Below, one piece after another: positions 1-9,226 of a stretch of 31,613 nucleotides of DNA. Source of the stretch: Azolla caroliniana. Taxonomy: Eukaryota; Plantae; Polypodiophyta. The notes below the pieces were generated by a model. The model was not told the DNA's origin. It saw only the letters and a program-made list of their open reading frames with translations, and ran no database searches. Where the stretch lies: contig JBHGNT010000361.1 in the NCBI GenBank assembly GCA_043228905.1, positions 1 to 31,613 on the forward strand. Reading direction: 5' to 3'. How positions within the stretch are numbered: the stretch's first letter is position 1; each line of letters opens with the position of its first letter. Made by a program: the position numbers and the translations under genes.

Positions 1-48
1 CAGAACATGGTGCTGCGTTGCAAGCTTACAATCAAGAATTAGTTAAAT
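1..48 (+). CDS. SSNA1: SSNA1/NA14 homologue (Sjogren syndrome nuclear autoantigen 1), coding exon 1, 5'-truncated by the window
   Basis: The frame from base 3 reads EHGAALQAYNQELVK(C), matching the conserved SSNA1 N-terminus GAALQNYNNELVKC. GTAAGT donor at 49. Confidence 0.9.
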
Positions 49-122
49 GTAAGTAAATTTTTAATGATTAATGTTCAAAGCAATGAAAATAAAGCTTGTT
101 TAATTTAACCTTGAAATTCTAG

Positions 123-322
123 GTCTTGTAGATCTTAGAAAAAAAAGGGCCGCACTGCTAGACAAAATTAGTCGTGAGGAAGCAGAAAGGACGGTTTTGG
201 AGAAAAATTTACATGCGTTACAACATAAACTAAATATATTGGATAATAATTTGCAACATGACAAATCAACATGTGAAAATATGGATAGGGCTATAATTGA
301 GACAGAATGGGGTTTTAAAAAG
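123..322 (+). CDS. SSNA1: SSNA1 homologue, coding exon 2 (coiled coil)
   Basis: AG at 121-122, GT at 323. Reads CLVDLRKKRAALLDKISREEAERTVLEKNLHALQHKL...MDRAIIETEWGFKK in phase with exon 1; compare human DRTIAETEAAYLK. Confidence 0.88.
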
Positions 323-493
323 GTAACTAATTTTACTTGGCTTAATTAGTCATTTCGGTACTTGGTAAATTTAGGCGATTAATACAAATTTTCTATACAG
401 GACTCATTTGGATTTATCAATTTATTAATGACCCTTAAACAGTGATACACTGGTGTCAGGGCCGAGAATTTAAAATATAAATTAACAGTTATA

Positions 494-1398
494 AATAATA
501 ATAATAATATAATAATAATAATGCTTTATTGCCTAACAGGTTGCCCCAATTAGAAGGCAATACAAAATGTATTTAAAATAATATTAACAATAGGATATAA
601 TTAATAGTGAGTATAAAATCTATAAGTATACAAAATAAAATAATAATACAAAATAGTAAAATAAAATAGCACAAAGAAAAGGTAGTCAGTGTTGTGAGTT
701 TCTGGCATGAGCTCGGACACTGGTTCTAAATTGAATTAAACTCTGGCTGAAGAGATCAAAATTGATTTGGTTACTAACCGAGTTGAAGAGTTTACAAGCT
801 TGAAACAAAGGAGCCTTAGTAGTGGCATTAATGGATGGCATATCAAAATAAAAAAGATTAAAGTTCCTGGTCCCTAATCGAGGAATGTGGAAGTTAAGTT
901 GCTCCAATAGCTCTGGACAGTCCACCAAGCCATTACCAAGCTTAAAAAGAAAAACCAGGGTACTACACTCTCTGCCGTGCTTCAATGACAGAAAATCAAA
1001 TCTGTTTAGAAGAGCATTGTGATCAGTTCCTCTCTGTGGGTAAACCCTATCAATGTTATATGCAATAAATTTAAGAAAACGTCTCTGAATGGCTTCCAAC
1101 CGGTTAATAGAATTGTTGTATATTGGTGACCATACAACAGATAAATAATCGAGTTTTGATCTAACCAAAGCATTGTAAAGAGTCACTATGCAGTCAATAT
1201 TTTTAAAGGACCGTGTTGAACGTATTAGGAAGCCAAGACTCCTTAGAGCTGAAGAGACAGTTTTATCAATGTGATTCCTAAACGACAGTTTATTATCCAT
1301 GTATACGCCCAGATCTCTTACACAATCAACTTCATCCAAAGTATTGTCACCAATAGTATAAGGAAATCTTATTTGCGTTCTTTTCAAGGATATTGTAA
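494..1398 (-). mobile_element. 5'-truncated CR1/Jockey-group LINE (ORF2 C-terminus, 3' UTR, stem-loop, ATT-rich microsatellite tail) in SSNA1 intron 2
   Basis: RDLGV, LYNALVRSKLDY and LEAIQRRFL motifs of the RT thumb/C-terminal region; stop at 686. Tail of TAA-like repeats at 494-521 on the + strand. Near-identical copy at 18385-19108. Confidence 0.88.
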
Positions 1399-1399
1399 T

Positions 1400-1603
1400 A
1401 ACCGCAAACAACCAATCATCCGCAAACAAAAATATCTGCATTGTCCTATATACATCAACAGTAGGCATGTAGTAATCAAAACCATAGATAATTTTTACTG
1501 CTCTATTTTGTAGTTTATTTAAGAGATATTGGCTAGCATTTCCCCAACAAGGTAGCAAATAACACTTTTGAAAAAACGATTTAAATATGTCGATTTGTTT
1601 CAT
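1400..1603 (-). mobile_element. Short remnant of a different LINE ORF2 C-terminus
   Basis: YLLPCWGNASQYLLNKLQNRAVKIIYG resembles the Y-WG...LQ-RA-R-I motif downstream of the RT domain. It abuts the younger LINE. Confidence 0.6.
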
Positions 1604-1982
1604 TCTATATAATTATTACCTTTAAGTCAAACAAGAATGTGGCTTTATTTTTTTTAAAATTTATTTACTGTAACACAAAAACTTGTAATCAAAGTGTATT
1701 ATAATATTGTAACGGTGTTCTTTATTATGCAAAATTGGTTGGCATTGTGCATTGTTCTTATTCTATCTCTGATTTTGTTTGATTGATAGTATTGACGGTG
1801 GGCTTATTGCTTAACATTATATTATTTTATTATATTTTCATAAATTTTAAATTGTTGTGGAGCCACTACTTCATTTTTGGGTTTTTAAATGGTATTCCAA
1901 CTAATTTAAAACAATGTGTATATTATCATTTGCTCACGTAACTCGACCAATAATATCCTATGTTCTCCTATACTATTTCTAG

Positions 1983-2084
1983 ATACTAGAAAATAGTCAA
2001 GCCCTCCTGCAAGTGGCTCAACAGGAAGTAAATAGACTTGATAATAAAATCGACGGACAAATGGATTCTAAATGTATAAATTGA
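1983..2084 (+). CDS. SSNA1: SSNA1 homologue, last coding exon
   Basis: TTTCTAG acceptor at 1976-1982. Reads ILENSQALLQVAQQEVNRLDNKIDGQMDSKCIN* (human ILESSQTLL), phase-0 join. Stop TGA at 2082-2084. Confidence 0.88.
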   Translation: MLENSQALLQVAQQEVNRLDNKIDGQMDSKCIN

Positions 2085-3033
2085 AAGCAATTATTGGTAT
2101 TTAATTTTGGCACAAGAATATTGAATTTTGAAAACATTAAGCTAGCCGTATGGTGTTTGTAGCTGTTCAGTTTTTCAGTGTATATGTGATAAAAGAATTT
2201 ATTAGGCTTGCGGTTTGAAGTACCCTTGCAGTCCTGCATTGTAGTACTTTGCCAATAACTTATTGTGATTGAGACGCAGTTTTATTTTGCAAATTTTAAA
2301 TATTTATAAAAACCCAGTAAACTTGGTTGGTTGTGTCAATTTATATTTGAAATTTCTTTTTAAAAAATAACTCCATATTCGTTTAGACTATTTAAACTTG
2401 TTTTAGTACTATTTTAAATATTTTTTTGTCTTTTTGTAAATGTTTCTTTTGTAAAAAATATTATAATGAAAATGTATTTTTTGAATAAAACACTTTATTA
2501 AATTGTGTTTGTTTCATTTATGCCTACTATATAACTAAATCAATGGTCTAACTATACTCTGTTTTTACTAACATGGTATACTAAATCATACTCGCCCAAT
2601 TTGAATACCCTAAATTAAGCAAAGAGTGGGAAAACCCTATGTAAAAGTAAATAATATGCTGGATTGACGTTTCAAGAATATTAATTAATATATAAAACAT
2701 GTTTAAACAAAACATTTTTATTTAATTAATGCATATAACAGAAATAGTTACAGTACTTTGACAAAACAGAGTTACATGTGTGGCAGTTTTATTATACTAA
2801 CTTAATACATATAATTAATATCAAATGTAAAGTGCACAAAAACAGATTTCATATGAACAGAAATATTTTACAATAATCATTGTGTTTAGAGGATAAAGTA
2901 ATTAAACCTGCCATAAATTTTAAATATGTTTGGAAAATTCAAGGTTAAATAGATAGCAATTAAAATTAACTAATCTTTGTTTATTTCAGTCATCCCCTTA
3001 TTGCCCATAATCTTAATCAAAATAAAAGAAAAA

Positions 3034-3352
3034 TTATGCATTCCCTAAACTCTTTTGCTCATTCCAAACTATCATCAATTCTTCAGGATTATTGTACCCA
3101 TGTGACGATACAACATATTCGTAATTAACCTTGTGATAAGTTTTTTTGAAAAAATAAAACTCTTCTGAATGGAGTGGTTCAATTTTAGTCTTGTAAGCTA
3201 AAATACCGACGTAAATATCATCAAATCTAAAATGCTTCGTGTAGAAACTTGCAAAGTACATGTCTTTTAGGGCTGCATTGGAGAGAATGTAGGACCCTGC
3301 TGTGACATATGGAGGATACATATGATAAGGGTATTCTTTTAAAGACACATAC
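3034..3352 (-). CDS. brn: Brainiac-type beta-1,3-galactosyl/GlcNAc-transferase (GT31), coding exon 2
   Basis: TTTTTCAG acceptor (3360-3353). The split codon TG|G gives KW-YVSLKEYPYHMYPPYVTAGSY...FRFDDIYVGI...SHGY. Stop at 3034-3036. Confidence 0.92.
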
Positions 3353-3565
3353 CTGAAAAATAGCTAAATTTAATACTCAACATTACAAATAATATATTAT
3401 GGTTTTAGGGAGATTCTCCTGTAACGGAATTATATAAAATGAAATGTAGTAGTTAACGACTAATTTAACTTAACTTTAAATACATAATTATAAATTAAAT
3501 TATAGTTTTCCCCATTCAACAAAACAAAAATGTATATGAAAAGAACAGACTGGACTTACCCTAAT

Positions 3566-3590
3566 GTGTGAGAGAGAGAGAGAGTGAGAG
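3566..3590. repeat. (TG)/(GA)n microsatellite
   Basis: tgtgtgagagagagagagagtgagag. Confidence 0.8.
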
Positions 3591-3605
3591 TCTTCTGGCT
3601 CAGGC

Positions 3606-5095
3606 ATAGATAGAAAGATAGATCTAGATTAATTGTGTTAAGGTTTTAAATTAAATAATTTGTTTTTGAAACATCTAAGGCTGTCTCCAAGTATATCAAT
3701 GGACGAATTTTTAGTACATTCATTATATAGATTTTGCATCGAGTACAACGGCGAAGAAATCATGTAATTGGTTCGTTGGTATTTAAGACTGAAAGGGCAT
3801 GAAGTTCGGGAATTAAATCTAGGTACATTTAATTGTATTGATTGGAGTATAGTACTATCAGCTACTAGGCTGTTTAGCACTTTGTACAAAAATGAAAATT
3901 GAAGGTGTATTCTGCAGTCTTCTAATGTTTCTAGCTGAAAGATGTTTAATAATTCAGAATAACTGGTGAGAGGTGGGTACCTTAAGTAGTAATTGCAGTG
4001 ATAATATTTTTTCTGAATTATTTCGATATGGTTAATATTTTTTTTTATAGTAAGGAGTCCATACTATAGCACAATATTCTAATTTTGATCTAATAAACGT
4101 ATTAAATAATATGTGGAAAGTTTATAAATTATATAAAATGTATACTCTTTCTACAAACAAAACCTAAGCTTTTGAAAGAGCTATTAAGTGTAGTTTCAAT
4201 GTGTTCATCGAAAGACAGTTTTTAATCAAAATAACTCCTAAGTCTTTGTAATGGGTTACTCTTTCCAGAGGTTCATTGTTAATGTTATAATCGTGATATA
4301 AAGTATTTCTTTTTCTGGAAAAAGTTAAACATTTACATTTTTTAAAATTAAAGGACAAGCCAGAATGTTTTGACCACGAAACAAGATTGTTTATATCATT
4401 TTGCAACTCAAACCCATCACTTGGTCTCTCAATAACTTTAAACAATTTAATTTCGTCAGCATACATCAAGAATTTTGACTCTTGAATAGAATGCTCAACA
4501 TCATTTACATACAGTAAGAAAAGTAGAGGTCCCAAATTGGAACCTTGGGGTACTCCAGATGTTGCAATGTATGTTTCAGAAAAAAATTGCTCAATTTTGA
4601 CTTTAGCTGAACGATTTTTAAGATAGGATGATATAAAAGCCGTAAGGTCTTCCGAAAAATTAAAGAAGTGATGAAGTTTGTTTAGAAGTATATGATGAGG
4701 TACTTTATCAAAGGCCTTGGCTGCATCTAGGTAAATTACATCCATTTGATTAAAAGATTCAAATGCTTGATGCGTTTCGTTAAGGAAATTTAGAAGGTTT
4801 GTGGCTGAGGATCTGCCTTTAAAAAAGCCGTGTTGATTTTGTGAAATTTGAGATTGTACGGAAGAAAAAATATACTTGTAAAGTATGCTTTCATATAGTT
4901 TTGCAATGTTAGAAATTAACGCGATGGGTCTATAATAATTAAGAATGTCATTTTTATTTCCGGATTTAAATATTGGACAAATAGTCGTTGTTTTGAATGC
5001 AGATGGAAAAGTTTTATTTTTTAATGATTAGTTGAACAAATAGCAAAGTGGAGACGGTAAAATTTCCTTACATCCTTTAAGTATGTAGGAAGGAA
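3606..5095 (-). mobile_element. Decayed CR1/Jockey-group LINE RT fragment in the brn intron (continues at 7109-7165 beyond a nested DNA transposon)
   Basis: QHGF, YLDAAKAFDKV, SGVPQGSNLGPLLF, MYADE (mutated YADD) and KDLGV motifs; frameshifted; stop at 3638. Confidence 0.9.
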
Positions 5096-5136
5096 CCGAG
5101 GGGTGGTCATCTCTTGCAGTAGGTGTACAAATCGGT

Positions 5137-5307
5137 CACAATCGTTCCACAATCGCCCACAATCGTTCCACAATCGTTCACAATTATTCACAATCGTTCA
5201 CAGTCATCCACATTCGTTCACAATCCTCCACAATCTTTACACAATTGTTCACAATCGTTCACAATCTTTACACAATCTTTCACAATCTTTACACAATCTC
5301 TCACAAT
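5137..5307. repeat. Left subterminal array, ~17 copies of 10-11-bp CACAATCGTT
   Basis: Directly visible tandem units. Confidence 0.9.
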
Positions 5308-5919
5308 ATTTGGCAATCTGAAGCTGTGTGTGCAAATTACACTGCACTAAAAGGCAGGTTATTTTTAATGGACCAGTGTTTTATGAAAATCTCGGGAATT
5401 TTACACCTCCTCTTGACAAGGTGTGGTTTAATTCACACTAGTGCACACTATTCTTACAAAGGAAAAAGAAAGTGTAGTGTATTTTATACTGAATATTGAC
5501 AAAGAAATGCAAAAGTTTACACCAGTGTTACACTTTTGTAGCAGAGGAACAGACCTATTATTGCAAGAGTACCCATGTTTTATGTAGCTACATTCAAGTG
5601 GGTTTACTAAATAAGGTTTTATCCATAAACCTAACCTCAAATATTAAAAAAAACTTTTTAGTGGATACTGGATATCTTCAGATGATATGTGAGTGAATAG
5701 TTGATGCATTTAAATCAGATCAAGAGGTAAGAAATTTAAGAAAAATTATTATTATTACAGCAATAATTTTTTAAAATTGGATGTATGGCTTTTTTCAATC
5801 AGTAAATAAAAATCGAGGGTTTTTATAGAATTAGGTTGTGTTACAAAAATATGTCCAGAACCACAGGGGCTGGCGAAGAGTGATTTTTAAATTGGTTTTT
5901 TTTGTTTTAGTTATTTAAA

Positions 5920-6580
5920 ATGACGGATAAAATGGCGCAGACCCCGAGGCCAGTTGAGATGCTGACGAAAGAAATAGAATAGGATAATCTCAAGAGTAGA
6001 CTGCAGTCTGCCTAATTATCTTAAAATATTATTAACATATGAAGGATATGACGATATAGTGGCATTTTATGATTTTACTGATGAAGATGTCATTAAATTA
6101 GAAAATTTCGCTTCAGGAGATTTTATAGATATAGCTCGAGAAGATGTGATTAGTGTCTATACAGCAGTTTATAGGGCCAGAGCTAATGAAAGGATTAATT
6201 TGAAACAATTTAAAATATTAACCGGCCACAAGAAACTTTTAAAGGAATTTGTAAAAAGATGCATTGAAGAGAAAGAAAACAATATGTCTTGTACGAAAGA
6301 TAGGCCCAAAAGAAAAGCAACTGAGGGTGAGAAAAGCTCATACAAGAAGAAACGAACAGACTCAGGAAACAATAATAAGCAAGATGACAGCGCAGAAAAT
6401 GCTGTAGAGCACGTGAAAAGACTGGCTTCTGACTACATAACTAATAAGTTGCAAGTTGAAAAGACGTTAGTAGCTGAGTATATTGATTCCTACACCGTAA
6501 GATTACATTGCCCTTTTGATAAATGTCCTCGAGCTTTCAATATTTGTGCACCGATAAAAAAGAGTGAATGTGTCAAATGA
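5920..6580 (+). pseudogene. Disrupted transposon-borne ORF of unknown function (helical N-terminal domain, basic NLS-like stretch, Cys cluster)
   Basis: ATG at 5920 follows a TTTTAG acceptor ending at 5910. One stop and one frameshift, then LPNYLKILLTYEGYDD...FKILTGHKKLL...RPKRK...KKKR...HCPFDKC. Confidence 0.55.
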
Positions 6581-6987
6581 TATTTTTAGAAGAGTTTTTA
6601 GAGATCTTCAAATGGCCTAAAGTTCCGGATGTAGATACTGTAAAAAAAAAATATATTATATATGGTCCAATCCATTTTAAAAATTATCCTTTTAGATTTT
6701 CAAGGTTTGAATCCCAAAAAATTAATAAGATTTTTAAAGAAATAAAAACCCAATTGAAAGAATACTATTTCTTTATTTTAATTCATTTTTAAATGTTTCG
6801 ATGTTAATAAAACACTTTTTCTAGTTGTACTAGGTACCTACCAAATGATCTTACATAGGTATTTGCTATTGCTAATAATAGTATTAGTATTTGTAATAAC
6901 TAAAAGTTACAGTAAATAAACGTCATTTTTTAAATTTTGTTGTTTTACTATAAACCAATATGTAGATAACCCATGTCATAACATTAT

Positions 6988-7046
6988 CACAATCAATCAC
7001 AATCGTTCACAATCAATCACAATTAGTCACAATCGTTCACAATCAT
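6988..7046. repeat. Right subterminal array, ~6 copies of CACAATCRWT, same orientation as the left array
   Basis: Directly visible; one inverted copy (AGATTGTGG) at 7052-7060. Confidence 0.88.
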
Positions 7047-7108
7047 AACAAAGATTGTGGAATTTGGCAGTAGGTGTACAGATTTTGGGTCAGGTGTCCA
7101 CCCCTCGG

Positions 7109-7165
7109 AAGGAACATTATCAGGACCAAGTGACTTCTTTGGCTTTGATTTATTGATGACTTCAA
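7109..7165 (-). mobile_element. 5' stub of the LINE at 3606-5095
   Basis: Reads EVINKSKPKKSLGPDNVP and is contiguous with SYILKGC across the transposon. Confidence 0.8.
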
Positions 7166-7513
7166 GTTCTATAATGCACTGCCATTGCATATTAGAGAAT
7201 TGGATGAGCGGTCATTCTTTGAAAAAACCAAAAAATATCTTATCGCAAGGTCATTCTATGGCTTTGAGGAGTATCTCCACAGTAATTTTAATGTGTTCTA
7301 AATATGTTTAAGTTTTAACAAATTTGAATTGTGTTGCATTCATTTTATGAGTACGACTAAGGGTTTATAATAATTGTAAAATAATTTGCTGTAATATTTT
7401 ATTTAAAGTGTAATTATTTAGTGTTTCTATTTTGTGGAAATTTTTACAATTATGTTTGACTTGTAAACGCATCTTATGTATTATTATCAATAAATATCTA
7501 TCTATCTATCTAT
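7164..7513 (+). mobile_element. LINE 3' end (ORF2 terminus, 3' UTR, AATAAA, (TCTA)n tail)
   Basis: KFYNALPLHIRELDERSFFEKTKKYLIARSFYGFEEYL...* (stop 7299-7301); tail aataaatatctatctatctatctat. Confidence 0.75.
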
Positions 7514-7721
7514 TATGTCATCTTTAGATATCTCATTAAGGGACACTAGGTCGGAATTTAATTGAAAATAACCAGTAAAAGGAGGATTGATTTTTGAATT
7601 ATCAAAAGTACTTTTGAAAAACTTCGCAAATGTATCAACAATCTATTGACCATAAGTTTTTCCCTTGAATTTTTTTTATTAGGATAAACACATAAATTTA
7701 TAAAAACAATATAATGCTCAC

Positions 7722-8500
7722 CACTTTCCCATTAAGTGCCTATGAGGGGCTGAGTTAAATGTATATCCGGTATAAAGTCGTACATCATCTTCTAGCTCAA
7801 ACTCCTGTAATGGTAGTCTGTTTCCGCTTATAATAGCATTAACCTTTGCTAATGGTTCTTGCAAATACCCGGGATAATTTGTAGGAAATCTTAAATACCT
7901 TAATACATTTTTTGTTGATGCATAGAAGTCATCGTCCATAAACATATAAAACTTTGAATTTGGACAATATTTCATGGCCCAGTAGAAGCCCGACATTGTT
8001 TTATAAGTATTATTGTAGTAATGCTCGGTATAGTTTGCTTGCACAATATCGTTAAATTTCTGATATTCATCATTGACCAATTTCTGAAGTTTAGGATCAT
8101 TGGTAATCCCTACTAGGAACACCGTTCTAATTTCTACATCAGAAAATCTTTTTTGGAAACCCCATGTGCTTCTTATAGCCAAGCGCCTCTTAAAATGGTC
8201 TGGAGCAGACTTTACTATATATACAAGTCTTAAGTCCACTACGTCTTGGCACTTTTTGTAACTATCTTTATAGTAATAGAAGGAATAATTATTAATAGCT
8301 TTAATTTCGGGAATTTGATTTTGCCTCAATTGGGAAACAATCCTTTCAATATCGCCATCGAATGGGTAGTGAAATTCTGTGTAGAAATTTCTTTCAAAGA
8401 GATGATGGAATATCCCGAATATAAATAGTAAAAATATGTTGGTTAATGCAAAAAGAAGCACTTTGCATTTTCTTTTAGGGAACATAAATACATAATTCAT
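7722..8500 (-). CDS. brn: Brainiac-type beta-1,3-glycosyltransferase (GT31), coding exon 1
   Basis: Type II membrane anchor, then IVKSA...RR.AIR.TWG, YYNNTYKT and FMDDD motifs. GTGAGC donor at 7721. Spliced CDS is 1098 nt = 365 aa + stop. Confidence 0.92.
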
Positions 8501-9026
8501 TTTATGACATCGTCATCGATTTAATATCTAAGGTTTCATTCAATAAGTGGGTTATCACAGACGCAGATTATTTACATTTTTGCACTTCAAAAGTAAGGGT
8601 AGAATATATCATGAAGTATTCTTCTTCTTCTTTTTTTTTGCAACTAGGCAGTTTGTCAGCTCAATATTTGACGACTCTGATGTCTGACCTAGACCATATC
8701 AGAACCACCGAGGTTTACTTTTTTTATGAATGTGTACATATTTGAGTTTAATAGCGAAATTAGTTAAGGTATTGAGTTAGATCATAAACACGTAATTCAT
8801 TTTATGACATCGTCATCGATTTAATATCTAAGGTTTCATCCAATAAGTGGGTTATCACAGACGCAGATTATAATCACAGATTTACATTTTTGCACTTCAA
8901 AAGTAAGGGTAGAATATATCATGAAGTATTCTTCTTCTTCTTTTTTTTGCAACTAGGCAGTTTGTCAGCTCAATATTTGACGACTCTGATGTCTGACCTA
9001 GACCATATCAGAACCACCATGGTTTA
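8483..9026. repeat. Local direct duplication (~235 bp) of the brn start codons and upstream region: 8483-8717 and 8783-9026
   Basis: Copies are near-identical; copy 2 has 10 extra bases (8871-8880). A unique 65-bp spacer lies between them. Confidence 0.95.
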
Positions 9027-9226
9027 AGTCCGTATGTCAAATTTCCACCACCAACCCCCATTCCATTCTCATCACCCACACTAAAATTAAACAAGTGAAA
9101 TATCAAATAATTGACATTATTAACTCAATATTGCTTTTTTATATTTATATCACACAATTTTTCCTAATAAGGAATCTATATGAAAACCAAATTTGACAAC
9201 TATTTAAAGAACAATTTTATATTAGT

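Larger units (their letters stand above)
5096..7108. mobile_element. Unclassified non-autonomous TIR DNA transposon, 2013 bp, 6-bp TSD AAGGAA
   Basis: Termini CCGAGGGGTGGTCA (5096-5109) and TGTCCACCCCTCGG (7095-7108), 13/14 inverted match. AAGGAA at 5090-5095 and 7109-7114. Removing the element plus one TSD restores the host LINE frame GPDNVPSYILKGC. Confidence 0.85.

Noticed and set aside
686-1603. 305-aa ORF as one gene
   Set aside because: Chance in-frame fusion of two different LINE remnants, with the junction near 1399.
5103-5499. Repetitive short ORFs (HNRSQ/TIVPQS)
   Set aside because: Translations of the 10-bp subterminal repeat.
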